64,000 bases of DNA, taken from Mobula hypostoma (lineage: Eukaryota). Below the pieces are notes generated by a model, which saw nothing but the letters and a program-made list of their open reading frames with translations, ran no database searches and had not been told where the DNA came from. The stretch covers positions 29,140,001 through 29,204,000 of the forward strand of contig NC_086114.1 of assembly GCF_963921235.1 (NCBI RefSeq), in the 5' to 3' direction. The translations under genes were made by a program, and so were the position numbers. Of this stretch, positions 12,544 through 24,667 are shown in pieces. The stretch's first letter is position 1. Each line of letters opens with the position of its first letter.

Positions 12544-12952
12544 CTCTAAAACTTTCACATCCTTCCTATAATGAGGAGAACAGAACAGAACGCAATATTC
12601 CAAGAGTGGTCTAACCAGGTTTTATAGAGTCGCAACGTTACCTCATGGCTTTTGAATTCAGTCCACTGACTAATGAAGACCACCACATCATATGCCCTCT
12701 TAAAAAAACGATCAACTTAATCCTGCTGTTTTATTATAAGCAAGCAAGTTCTCTTCTTTCATGAATTTATTCAATTTCTTTTTTTTCAGTTTCTGTTGAA
12801 CTTGTATCCAGTGCCCCAATGTGTAAAGCTTTCCTGATCTGAACCACTTTCTGAATGGTAATGCCTTTCCTAGTGTACCCTCTGGTTCTTATGCTATTCC
12901 CTTTAACTCTGACTTAATAGAAAAGCGAGACACATGAATTTTTTAATTAATA

Positions 12953-13314
12953 GTAATAATACTTTATTGATCCCGAGTGGGAAATTCTTTCGTTATAGCA
13001 GCAACATTTAAAAACACACTTGGCAGTGTGCTTAAATAATAAATACAGAATAATAATAGTGCAAGAATAGTGATAATATAAAAATAGTGTACCAATGTGC
13101 AATAATAATTAACAAAATAATAAAACTGAGACTATTGTACTCTGATGTGTGTTCTCCTATCACACAGAAATGTACTGTTGTATGCGCTTATTGCATTTGG
13201 TAGGAAAGATTCTCTGTAATGATCCTTGTGACAGTGGAGCTGAATGAATCTGGTGAAAAAGTGCTTCTCTGCTTATTCAGTAGGTCATGGAGAGGATGGG
13301 CCAGATTGTCCATA
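12953..13314 (-). mobile_element. Rex1/Babar-type LINE 3' tail fragment
   Basis: ACTTTATTGATCCCGAG tail motif shared with family B; downstream sequence resembles the RT C-terminus. Confidence 0.6.
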
Positions 13315-13377
13315 TTGACTTGAAGGTTTAAATTGACCTCCTATCCTCTGCTGTGCATTTCTTGTATTCTGTGTTTT

Positions 13378-13918
13378 CACTCAGTGGCCACTTTATTAGG
13401 TACGTAAAGTGGTCACTGAGTCTATGTTGTTGTCTTATGCCGCCATAGCCCATCAGGGGTTTGACGCATTTTGCATTCAGAGATGCTCTTCTGCACATCA
13501 CTGTTGTAATGTGTGGTTGTTTGAGTTGCTTCCTGTCAGCTTGAACCAGTCTGACCATTCTCCTCTGACCTGTATCATTAACAAGGCATTTTCACCATAG
13601 AACTGATGCTCACTGGGTGCTTTTTGTTTTTCACAACACTCTCTGTGAACTCTAAAGACTGTGGTCTGTGAAAATCTCAGGACATCAGCAGTTCTTGAGG
13701 TACTCAAACCATGCTGTCTGTCACCAACAGTCATGTCATAGTCAAAGTCACTTAGATCACATTTTTCCCCATTCTGATGTTTGGTCTGAACAACAACTGA
13801 ACCTCTTGACCATGTCTGATGTTCTTATGCATTGAAATTCTGCCACGTGATTGGCTAATTAGATATTTGCACTAATGAGCAGGTGTACAGGAGTATCTAA
13901 TAAAGTGGCCACTGAGAT
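13378..13918 (-). mobile_element. Non-autonomous Tc1 element, copy 2
   Basis: TIRs CACTCAGTGGCCACTTTATTAGGTAC / TATCTAATAAAGTGGCCACTGAG; Tc1 HTH remnants on the minus strand. Confidence 0.9.
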
Positions 13919-14444
13919 TACACTTCTGGTGATACCTTGTACAGAGGGCAGAGGAATCATTTCCTAGGAGACTGACCTATTTAAAAATGAGGTGGGGAGA
14001 ACTCTCAACATGTTTTGGGGATTCTGAGTCCTACATGGGGATTGAGTACAAGACCAACAAATAATCCATCAAGCGTGCATTGTTCAGTATAATCTCATTG
14101 CCTTGAGCTCCTTGATCCATGTCATATGTTTAGCATGTACAATAAGTTTCTAATCACAAACATAGAAAAAATAATCAATTTTCTCTTCTGTATGTGTTAC
14201 CAGCTCATCAACTTCAAATTCAAAGTAGTTTGTCGTCATACACACTAGTACCTGTATGCACAGGTGCAGTGGAAAACTTACTTGCAGCAGCATCACAGGC
14301 AAATTATATCATTATTAGCAGCGTTCACAAGAATAACATAAATTTATTACAAATTATACACAATATTTACAAGCTGGATTCAATTAGTACAATATGTAAA
14401 AGTCCATTTTATTGTAAAGAGGTCAAAGTGGTCGGGATGAAGAC

Positions 14445-15634
14445 GGTGTAGACGGGTCATATTCCGCATGGAGGCCGGTGACCAGTGGTGTGCCTCAGGG
14501 ATCTGTTCTGGGACCCCTACTCTTTGTAATTTTTATAAATGATTTGGATGAGGAATTGGAGGATTGGGTTAGTAAATTTGCTGATGACACAAAGGTTGGG
14601 GGTGTTGTGGATAGCGTGGAGGACTGTCAGAGGTTACAGCAGGATATTGATAGGATGCAAAACTGGGCTGAGAAGTGGCAGATGGAGTTCAACCCAGATA
14701 AGTGTGAGGTGGTTCATTTTGGTAGGTCAAATATGATGGCAGGATATAGCATTAATGACAAGACTCTTGGCAGTGTGGAGAATCAGAGGGATCTTGGGGT
14801 CCGAGTCCATAGGACACTCAAAGCTGCTACACAGGTTGACTCTGTGGTTAAGAAGGCATACAGTGCATTGGCCTTCATCAATCGTGGGATTGAGTTTAAG
14901 AGCTGAGAGGTAATGTTGCAGCTATATAGGACCCTGGTCAGACCCCACTTGGAGTATTGTGCTCAATTCTGGTCACCTCACTACAGGAAAGACGTGGAAA
15001 CCATAGAAAGCATGCAGAGGAGATTTACAAGGATGTTGCCTGGATTGGGGAGCATGCCTTATGAAAACAGGTTGAGTGAACTTGGCCTTTTCTCCTTGGA
15101 GCGACGGAGGATGAGAGGTAACTTGACAGAGGTGTACAAGATAATGAGAGATATTGATTGTGTGGATAGTCAGAGGCTTTTTCCCAGGGCTGAAGTGGCT
15201 AGCATGAGAGGGCATAGTTTTAAGGTGCTTGGAAGTAGGTACAGAGGAGATGTCAGGGGTAAGTTTTTTACACAGAGAGTGGTGAGTGCGTGGAATGGGC
15301 TGCCAGCAGTGGTGGTGGAGGCAGATACGATGGGGTCTTTTAAAGACTCCTGGATGGGTACATGGGGCTTAGAAAAATAGAGGGTTATGAATAACGCAAA
15401 CATGAGGATATCTGCAGATGCTGGAATTTCAAGCAACACATATAAAAATTGCTGGTGAACACAGCAGACCAGGCAGCATCTATAGGAAGAGGTACAGCTG
15501 ACGTTTCAGGCTGTACCTCGAAGCAATTTTTATGGGTTATGAGTAAGCCTAGGTAGTTGTAATGTAAGGACATGTTCAGCACAGCTATGAGGGCCAAAGG
15601 GCCTGTATTGTGCTGTAGGTTTTCTATGTTTCTA
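14445..15634 (+). mobile_element. CR1 LINE ORF2 reverse-transcriptase region and 3' end (one in-frame TGA)
   Basis: VTSGVPQGSVLGPLLFVIFINDLD..KFADDTK..WQMEFNPDKC; LYRTLVRPHLEYCAQFWSPH; TTCTATG tail. Confidence 0.95.
15395..15533 (-). mobile_element. PLE terminal fragment inserted in the CR1 3' UTR
   Basis: TCTGCAGATGCTGGAATTTCAAGCAACAC..GACGTTTCAGGC; TSD GGGTTATGA(A/G)TAA at 15382-15394 and 15534-15546. Confidence 0.85.
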
Positions 15635-16446
15635 ACTATAGCAATTAGGGTTTTGCTGGTTGAGTTCAAGAACCAATGAAGGGAAGAGAAGGGAAGTAGT
15701 TGTCAGGAAGCACCTGAGATGTACTGCTCTCCTCTGCTGCCTCTGATACTCTTGAGCATTTGAATTGCCGTACCAGTTCATGATGCAGCCAGTCAGGACA
15801 CCTTGGTAGTTTCCCTGCAAAAGACACATCCAAGTTGTAAAGTCAACCCAAGGATGTCAGGGCCATCTTGACTAATAAGGCTTAAAGAGAACCTGGTCCC
15901 AAAGCAAGTGCAGAAGTGAAACTGTAGCCATAAAGAATTCAGTATTGAAGATCACAAAGACCTTGCAACCATAACTCTTCTCAAAAAGTACCCGACTAAA
16001 ACCAAATGACATTCGGCCAACAGAAGTGGCAAATTGTCTGTAGGGTCTGGACAGCTCTATTATTAGTACCTGTGAAGAGAATTTTGGCTCCTTGACCGAA
16101 AGGCTCCCTGCCTCCTTTGATATGAAAGGCCAGCAGATACAGGTTGTATTAGCCACAACCATTTGTTATCCTTGCAGAGATGTTTTGGTATTCCCACAGC
16201 ATGCTTCAAGGGAAATGAAAGAAGTTTATTGGTACCTGAAGACAGAAGTCCAACAATAAAAATCTTAAGTAGTGTTAATTGTTGGAAAGAATGCAAGAGA
16301 TCCATCGTCTCACTGATAACCTTAGCATGTATGGACTGTTAAGGCCACATGCAGCCCAAATATCCAAAGGTCTACCTCACTGAAAGCCATGAATATTGAG
16401 GACAGAGAGATAGTTGGTGACTCATGAAAGGAATTCTCAACTGTGC

Positions 16447-16792
16447 CAACGCACACAAAATGCTGGCGGAACTCAGCAGATCAGCCAGCATCTCCAGAGG
16501 AGAATAAACAGTTACAGTTGGGATAAAACATTTCATCAGAACTTGAAAGTAAGGGGGCAGATGCCGAAATAGGAAGATTGTGGTGGGGTGCAGGGAGGAA
16601 GTGACGAGTCTGGCTGAGCAGCTGATTGATGAGCTGGAGTGCAGTAGAGATCACCGAATGGGAGCAGTGAGAGCGGATATTACTGAACTCGCGTTGAAGA
16701 GAGGAGTTCAACTTCTTCAGGGTAGGCACACCTCCAAGAGGAGCGACAAATTAGAGACACAAGAGATTCTACAGATGCTGGAATCTCAAACA
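16447..16792 (-). mobile_element. PLE fragment in partial-tandem arrangement
   Basis: Terminal repeat ACACAAAATGCTGG..TTTCATCAGAACT, an internal piece, then the start of a second terminal repeat ACACAAGAGATTCTACAGATGCTGGAATC. Confidence 0.65.
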
Positions 16793-16977
16793 CCATACGG
16801 AAGATTTGATGTACTTTGAGCAAAGAATTGCTCAAAGTATGGGCATATCCTCTCTACAGCCACTATCACCCAACTTATTTTCAGAGGTGTCAAGTTATTG
16901 AAGCCAAAAAAAAAAAATTAGCCTCACAGTTTTACAACCCAAAAACAAAGCTCTTCCAACAACCTGTTCCTCTTGTA

Positions 16978-17549
16978 TACTGAGTGGCCACTTTATGAGG
17001 TACTTTCTATATCTGATAAAGTGGCTATTGAGAGTATGGTTGTGGTCTTCTGCTGTGGTAGTCCATTTACTTCAAGATTCGCCATGTTATGTGTTCAGAG
17101 ATACTCTTCTGCACACCACTTTTGTAACATGTGGTTATTTGATTTATTGTCACCTTCCTGTCAGCTTGAGCAGGTCTGGCCATTCTCCTCTGACCTCTCT
17201 CATTAGCAAGGTGTTTCACCCAGAGAACTGCCACTCACTGGATTTTTTACTGTTGTTTTACATACCATTCTCTGTAAACTCTAGAGACTGTTGTGCATGA
17301 AAGTCCCAGGACATCAACTGTTTCTGAGATACTCAAAACACCCCGTCTGGCACCAACAATCGTGTCATGGCTAAAGTTACTTAGATCATATTTCGTCCCC
17401 ATTTCGATGTTTGGCCTGAACAACAACTGAACCTCTTGACCATGTCTGAATGCTTTTATGCATTGAGATGCTGCCTCACGATTGGTTGATTAGATACTTG
17501 CATTGGTGAGCAGGTATACAGGTGTACCTAATAAAGTGGTCACTGAGTG
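16978..17549 (-). mobile_element. Non-autonomous Tc1 element, copy 3, with TA TSD on both sides
   Basis: TA|TACTGAGTGGCCACTTTATGAGGTAC ... GGTGTACCTAATAAAGTGGTCACTGAGTG|TA. Confidence 0.92.
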
Positions 17550-18454
17550 TAATGGTCTGCGGCCACGCTCTGGAAAACATGGACCACTTCCCATATCTTG
17601 GGACTCATTTCTTAGTGAAGTTTGACATCGATGATGAAATGCACTACTGCCTTCAGAGCACCAGAACAGCCTCAGGCTGCCTGAGCTAACAAAGGGTTAA
17701 GAGTTCAAATCCAGCACAGAGCTCAGAAAGCAGTGATCCTTGTACTTCTGAGCTATGGAGTACCTTCAATGGGAATCTCAAAGAGAGGTCATCTCATCAA
17801 TGCAGTCTTCATAAAATCCTCCAAATCCGCTGGCAGGAGAAGTGATTCATCACCAGTATAGTCCACCATGTCAACATCCCCATATTAAAACCATAATTAC
17901 ACTCAGAAAGCAATTCTCAGTTCAGCCCATGCTGCTTGTATACACAATACCAGGCTCCAAAACAGGCACCCTTTTCTGACTTCTGTAGTATCAGGAAATC
18001 TTCAGATTGACAGAGGAAATGATTCAAAGTGTTCTTAAAACCTCTTTGAAAAAAAGTGTTGCATCTCCAACAACCTTGGGAATTCTTGTTACATGAGCAC
18101 TCAAAATGGAGGAAGAGTTTTTTTGAATGGCATTGTGAATCTTAAGTCATTTTTCTGGAGCACACAGAAGCCCAGTGGAAATTGCAGAAAAGGTTTGTGC
18201 CTCCCTAGCCGTCCACCTGCACTCCTCTACATATTCCTCCTTCCACGTCTGTGCAGAATCTTAAGATCTCGCCATCCACCTCTCATCAAAATGGAAGCAA
18301 GTCATTCCTGATACCTAAGAGTGACAAATTTGTTTTTCAACCCACACTGATGATAGTGAACCCAATTATTTCAGTTTCACTCTGATTATTACAGACCATT
18401 CACTGCAGCTTCCGAATCTGGATGTATCTTGTGGGCTTCTGCTGTTCTGTTTAG

Positions 18455-18678
18455 CTGTCAGAGGTAGTCTTTTTCACACAGAGAGCGATAAGTGCATGGA
18501 ACACACTGTTGGCGGTGATGGCAGAGGCAGATACATTAGGGACATTTAAGAGACTCTGAGACGCATGGATGAAAGAAAGATGGAAGGCTATGTGAGAAGA
18601 GAGGGTTAGATTGATGTTGGAATAGGTTAAAAGGTTGGCACAAGCACTGAAGTGATGGTGCTTTTCTATGTTCTGTGT
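18455..18678 (+). mobile_element. CR1 3' end fragment
   Basis: TTTTTCACACAGAGAGCGATAAGTGCATGGAAC..; TTCTATGTTCT tail. Confidence 0.8.
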
Positions 18679-20121
18679 AAATCTTACCTTCCCCTTCCTC
18701 TCTGCCCCTCCAGCACAGTTACATTGAGAAGACACTGAATGTTTTTATGTCTTTATCACAGTCAGTGTGATCAATTCATGTGAACCAGTCATTTCCCTAT
18801 ATTACAAGCAAATTTAATGCTATGTGTGGTAAGGGCTGATGGTGTTGGAAAAACATTAAAGTGAAAGAAGGTCATTGTAGGTTGTTACCTGGAACACTTT
18901 CAGAGAGAGCATTTGCATTGGAAATATAATAATCAAGGAAAGGGCAAACAAGGCATCGTGTCCTATAATGATTTGCATTTCTTTGCCAAAACCAAACAGC
19001 AATAAAAAAATCTGTTTGTAATTCAGAATTCATATTGAAAGCTATTGTATTATAAAATAAAAGAAAGCAAAATGATATGCAACCTGTTCTACTTACATTA
19101 AATTTCTGCTGCCTAGAATGACAAGAATATTAAAATGTGTGTTTGAGAAATTCTCATTGAAAGCTTACCCAGCATTACTGAACAGAATCATTTTAGTATA
19201 ATTACTGGCTTTATCCTTAGAAACTGCAATTAAAATATATGTGGCAATCAAATATAAAATTGAAATTATAAAGAGTGCTGGCAAGACACAGCGTTAGTCA
19301 CACATACAGCCGTTCCAAGGTAAGGGTGGATACTGTGAGGGATAAGGGGTGGGGTAGGAGTGAGTGTCTTGGGGATTAGGGAGATATTTTCCTTAAGGTG
19401 CTATTTTCTGTGGCACCAAATGATTTGAGCACAGGGCTTAGAGGGATAATGTCAAAATCTTAAACCAGCCGATTAAACCAAGCTACCGTGAGGGACGATT
19501 TCTGTGGAGACTTAAGAAGAGTATTCTCTGGTAAGGTTGTAGATAGGAAAACAGTAGAGAATGGAAGTGCAGTGTATCCTTTCTCACCTGAATATCATGC
19601 TGACCTTCATGCACACACACGACACACAACACGAACACATTATGTATATTTCTAAACTCCTGCTGTTTATGATCTTTAAATGTATAAAGAAATTTCTGAA
19701 GTCTAGTTAGATGAAGGAATTAGCACATTGTTCCTTGCAGAAGGAAGGCATGTGAAGTAGGCTGCTTCTATTTAACAGCAGAACAAATTAAGCAAGTTGA
19801 TGTGAGGCACAGTGCCTCGTAGAGTTCAGATTCAGGTTGATTATCACTAATGCATGTCATGAAATTTGTTGCTTTCTGGCAGCAGAGTTTAAGAATAGGT
19901 AAAAGGAGATAAAGATTCTCAATCTAAAAATTAGCTGGTAATACAAAGGTGGAAAGGAAATAGACGTGGTCAAATGAGCAGAAGGAATCTTTTATTTAGG
20001 AAATGAAAACAAATTACACCATCTCATTAAGTGAAAGGAATTGCTAGGAGGGCTGGCAGAGGAGAAGGAGAAAAAGGCTAGTGAGCTGACATGATACTCA
20101 TTAAAGGGAAATGCTGCAAGT

Positions 20122-20431
20122 NNNNNNNNNNNNNNNNNNNNNNNNNNNNNNNNNNNNNNNNNNNNNNNNNNNNNNNNNNNNNNNNNNNNNNNNNNNNNNN
20201 NNNNNNNNNNNNNNNNNNNNNNNNNNNNNNNNNNNNNNNNNNNNNNNNNNNNNNNNNNNNNNNNNNNNNNNNNNNNNNNNNNNNNNNNNNNNNNNNNNNN
20301 NNNNNNNNNNNNNNNNNNNNNNNNNNNNNNNNNNNNNNNNNNNNNNNNNNNNNNNNNNNNNNNNNNNNNNNNNNNNNNNNNNNNNNNNNNNNNNNNNNNN
20401 NNNNNNNNNNNNNNNNNNNNNNNNNNNNNNN
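20122..20431. other. Assembly gap
   Basis: N run. Confidence 1.
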
Positions 20432-20899
20432 CATTTCTGTCTAATTATCAGGAACTCATTTTCAAAGCTCCACCTTCATATGAAGAAATTCACAAGAGTG
20501 TTCATTGGAAGACCCAGATGTCTAAATTAACTGAGAACTTTGAATTTAACTCAGCCTGATTTTCTATTTACTCTTTTTAGTGCAAATAAAGCACATTTCT
20601 ATCCCTTCCTTGAGCACGTTCAGGAGGAATAAATATGTGAGTTGACTTTTGTATTGCAGGTGCCCCTATTGAGAAGAGAAATGTCAAAAGGCAGCAAGCT
20701 GCGAGTCTGAGGCAGCAGAGCAGAGGTCAGCACTGCTGTTTCTTCTGATGATTTCATACTTGGTGTTTTAGCCAACTTTTTATCAACTGTCATAAGCAAG
20801 CAAATTCCATTAGATATTCTGGTGTGCTTCTATAGGTAAATTCAGTGCAGGTGTTGGTATAAATTACAGCCGTAGAGTTGTACAACGCGTGAGTAGGTC

Positions 20900-22012
20900 C
20901 ATAAGACCATAATACCATAATACATAAGAGTAGAATTGGTCCATTCAGTCAACTGAGTCTCCTCTGCCGTTTGATCATGGCTGATTCATTTTTCCTTTCA
21001 ACACCCTTCTCCTGCCTTCTCCCTGTAACTTTTGATGCCATTACAAATTAAGAACCTATCAACCTCCTTTTTAAACACACCCAATGACTTCCCCTCCACA
21101 GCCATCTGTGGCAATGAATTCCACAGATTCTTCACCCTCTGGCTTAAGAAATTCCTCCTCATTTCTGTTCTAAAGGGACGGCCTTCTATGCTGAGGCTGT
21201 GTCCTCTGATCCTAAGCTCTCCCTCTATTGGAAACATGCACTCCATGTCTACTCTACATAGGCCTTTCAATATTTGGTAGATGTTATTTTTCTAAACTCC
21301 AGCAAATACAGGCCCAGAACCATCAAATGCCAGTACTCCAAATGTGGCTTGACCAATGCTTTATGAAGCTTCAGCATTATGTCCTTGCTTTTATATTCTA
21401 GTCCTCTCAAAATCAATGTTAAGATTGCATTTGCCTTCCTTAATAGTGATTTAATCTGGAAATTAACCTTTAGGACCTCCAAGTCCCTTTGCATCTCTGA
21501 TTTTTGAATTTGCTCCCTGTTTATAAAATAGTTTATGTCTTCATGCCTTCTGCCAAAGTACATGACCATATAATTCCCTACACTACATTTTCTCTACAAC
21601 TTCTTTGCTCATTCTCCTAATCTATCCAAGTCATTCTGCAGATTCCCTGCTTCTTCCACACTAGCTGCCCTTCCACGTATCTATCTGAAATGGCCACAAA
21701 GCCAACAATTCCATCTTCCAGATCATTAACATATAATGTGAAAAGAAGCAGACATAACACTGACCCCTGTGGAACACTACTAGTCACCGGCAGCCAACTA
21801 GAAAAGACTGCTTTATTCCCGTTCTTTGCCTCTTGCCAGGCAGCCAATCTTCTATGCATGCTAGTATCTTTTCTGTAATACAATGCTCACTTCAGTTAAG
21901 CAACCTCATGCGTGGCACCTTGTCAAAGGCCTTCTGAAAATCCATGTAACCAACATCCACTGAGTCTCCTTTGTCTATCCAGTCTGTTATTTCCTCAAGA
22001 TTCCAACAATAG
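20900..22012 (-). mobile_element. CR1 LINE RT and 3' region
   Basis: VTSSVPQGSVLCLLLFTLYVNDL; LVKPHLEY; RNFLSQRVKNLWNSLPQ. Confidence 0.9.
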
Positions 22013-22298
22013 TTGTGAAAGAAAACATACTTGGACTATTGGTCATTTGACTCATCTCACCCATGGCAACCTGAACTAGTCCTATCTGCCTGTGTTTGGC
22101 CCATAGCCCTCTGAACATTTTGTATCCATGTCCCTACCTACATGTCTTTTAAACATGTAATTGTACCTTCCTTTACAGATTCTTCTGGAAGCTTCCTTCA
22201 TATGCCCACCAACCTTTATCATATCTCTTTTAAAATCTTTCCCCTCTGAAACATCCGCCCTCTAGTTTTAGACTCCTCTACCATGGGAAAAATAGATT

Positions 22299-22707
22299 AG
22301 TCATAGTCATAGTCATACATTATTGATCCCGGGGGAAATTGGTTTTCGTTACAGTTGCACCATAAATAATTAAATGGTAATAAACCATAAATAATTAAAT
22401 AGTAATATGTAAATTATGCCAGTAAATTATGAAATAAGTCCAGGACCAGGCTATTGGCTCAGGGTGTCTGACCCTCCAAGGGAGGAGTTGTAAAGTTTGA
22501 TGGCCACAGGCAGGAATGACTTCCTATGACGCTCTGTGTTGCATCTCAGTAGAATGAGTCTCTGGTTGAAGGTACTCCTGTGGCCAACCAGTACATTATG
22601 TAGTGGATGGGAGACATTGTCCAAGATGGCATGCAACTTGGACAACATCCTCTTTTCAGACACCACCGTCAGAGAGTCCAATTCCATTCCCACAACATCA
22701 CTGGCCT
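22299..22707 (-). mobile_element. Rex1/Babar LINE family B 3' end (TATGAC tail), inserted in a CR1 3' fragment
   Basis: SDVVGMELDSLTVVSEKRMLSKLHAILDNVSHPLH..RHRKSFLPVAIKLYNS; near-identical to 32003-32751. Confidence 0.9.
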
Positions 22708-22963
22708 CAACATTATGACCATCCACTGTATATATACCTCTTATGATTTTATATTATTCAGCCTGAACATGGGGAATTGGGTCTCTTCATCATTTAAGAC
22801 AATGAATACAATCTGTATCTGCATCTGATTCCTCAAGCAGGACATTCCAGATATCAACCACCCTCTATAGCAAAAAATCCCCTCACATCCCCTTTAAAAC
22901 TCCTTCCTCTCACCTTAAACATATGCCCTCTTGTTTTGCTTTAAAGGTAAAAAGAAAGCTAGA

Positions 22964-23002
<39 letters not shown>
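22964..23002. repeat. (TG)n(GA)n microsatellite
   Basis: Direct reading. Confidence 0.9.
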
Positions 23003-23003
<1 letters not shown>

Positions 23004-23654
23004 TGAAAGAGAGAGGAATTATAGAATTGTATATTTGCTTCTGGAGTCTTTAGAAGGGTTAGTGGGACTTGAGTAAGTACCTCATGTAAATAATTACACC
23101 AATATTGATTATCAAGGACGAATGTCTTGATTTTGTGCTGGATCATTTTACAGTCTCACGATTAGACATGACTTTATTTATAGATAATGTGGTTATTTTG
23201 AGAGCCACACAGACGCTGTATTAGCAGTGATGTGAGACTGTATTCAGTTCCTCCTATGTTCTACAACCAGGATAATCAAATTAGAAAATCACTGTGCATT
23301 CGAGAGTAACAGCTTTTGTGAAAGGAGCCTTTTCTTTCATGAATAATCAGTGTATTAGTAGATTGGATAAGTGGTACAGTGACGTGTGTACAATTGCACT
23401 TCGCTGGATTTGATATTTTATTTATATCTAACCAAAATGCAGGCAAAAGAGACAGGACTGGAAAGTAAATTGTCAATGAATCTGAGAGGGAGTATATCTT
23501 CTACCCGATCCCTCCCATTCAGGCTTCATTCATGCTCATTAGGTTTTCTGGAGAGTCTAATAGCCTTTTATTTCCTGATCTTCATTAGTTTACCTGTCAA
23601 TATATCTGGCAACGCATGGAAACTGAACTTCTTTCGGACGCAGGCTGAACTATA

Positions 23655-24020
23655 GAGGACAGGGAGGAGATATGGCCCCTGCAAATGTAGCACACAGGCC
23701 CACTGGTGTGTGGACATGCCCTGGTGCTTGAGAACCAGATTCCCAGCTATAGGTAAATAAGCCCCACTGCCTAGTAGGCAACCTTCGGATAGACAAAGGC
23801 TACGGGAGTAAACCCAGACAGCAAATCTGGAGTGGAGCCGTAAGGTGGCTGGATGTCATTGTACATCCTTCCGGCAGCTCCTGCCACCAAGCTAGTGCCA
23901 AATGTATTGCTTCAAAAGCTTTCCTTTGGATGACCCTAGTGCGGCTGTGGGGGATCTTGACAACTGGGCATCTCAGGATCTCCATACCTTCTGCCTAGGC
24001 CTGTGATGATGATGTTGATC
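23655..24020 (+). mobile_element. Short non-autonomous retroposon, possibly RTE-associated
   Basis: GC-richer ~360-bp block ending in a (TGA)n tail typical of RTE 3' ends; no ORF. Confidence 0.4.
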
Positions 24021-24667
24021 ACCCATTACAGATGGGTGCCAACCAACCAACCATATCCAGCCTGTATTTGTCAGAAACAACATAACCCATCTGAAAGAAG
24101 GAGGTGGGCTCTGCATTGATTCCAGTGAAAGAAGTCTTATGGAGAAGATGTGGAGGGAATGATGACTATAAGCTAATTAACTTCACAGTAAAGAATGAAA
24201 ACAGGACCAGAAGACTGGTTTGATAAAGGCCCAGTGAGAGTAAAAGATTCCATCGTTGACCCACCCCACCCTATAACCCTGTACCCCATTCCTTGACCTG
24301 TCCTTCTCATCAGTGAGGTCCTTCCACTTTCTATGATCGTGCATATGATCATTGATCCTTCCTCTCTAACTCCTAGTTCTGCCAATATTGTCAATGGTAT
24401 CTCCTCCATATATTTTCCTTTGAAACCCCACCATCGTCCAATACTTAAGCAAATGCAACTTCGAATCCTTCATTCTTTTTAGCTTTTTCACAAATTTCAA
24501 ACTCTAGATTTCATGCCCGGCTCCCCCTTTCATCAACTGGTCCCAGAGTTATTTAACATGATAGCTCACCTAACACAAGCTCCTGCATTATATCCTAGCC
24601 AAAGTTGTGAACTTAGCCTAACTAGGAAATTAATCCATTTCTTTGTGACCTGTTGTACAATATTAAT

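Larger units (their letters stand above)
11107..12718 (-). mobile_element. CR1 3' fragment hosting a Rex1 insertion and a hAT MITE
   Basis: CR1 3' UTR (AGAACAGTACAGGCCCTT) and RT C-terminal sequence continue on both sides of 11444-12310. Confidence 0.8.
15850..18310 (+). mobile_element. Old RTE-clade LINE remnant, interrupted by PLE and Tc1 insertions
   Basis: 17560-17680 translates to GHALENMDHFPYLGTHFLVKFDIDDEMHYCLQS (RTE RT C-terminal pattern LENVDHFPYLGS..DIDxEI); ..KTKLFQQPVP lies just before the Tc1; 5' boundary uncertain. Confidence 0.7.

Noticed and set aside
14478-15380. Functional or domesticated reverse transcriptase gene
   Set aside because: 5'-truncated CR1 with an in-frame stop at 14904-14906 and a disrupted C-terminus.
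19221-19319. Possible exon (TTATCCTTAG ... CAAG|GTAAGG)
   Set aside because: Stops in all three frames; no evidence for a non-coding exon.
20660-20725. Possible 66-bp exon (APIEKRNVKRQQAASLRQQSR)
   Set aside because: Weak GTCAGC donor and unrecognised peptide; expected by chance.
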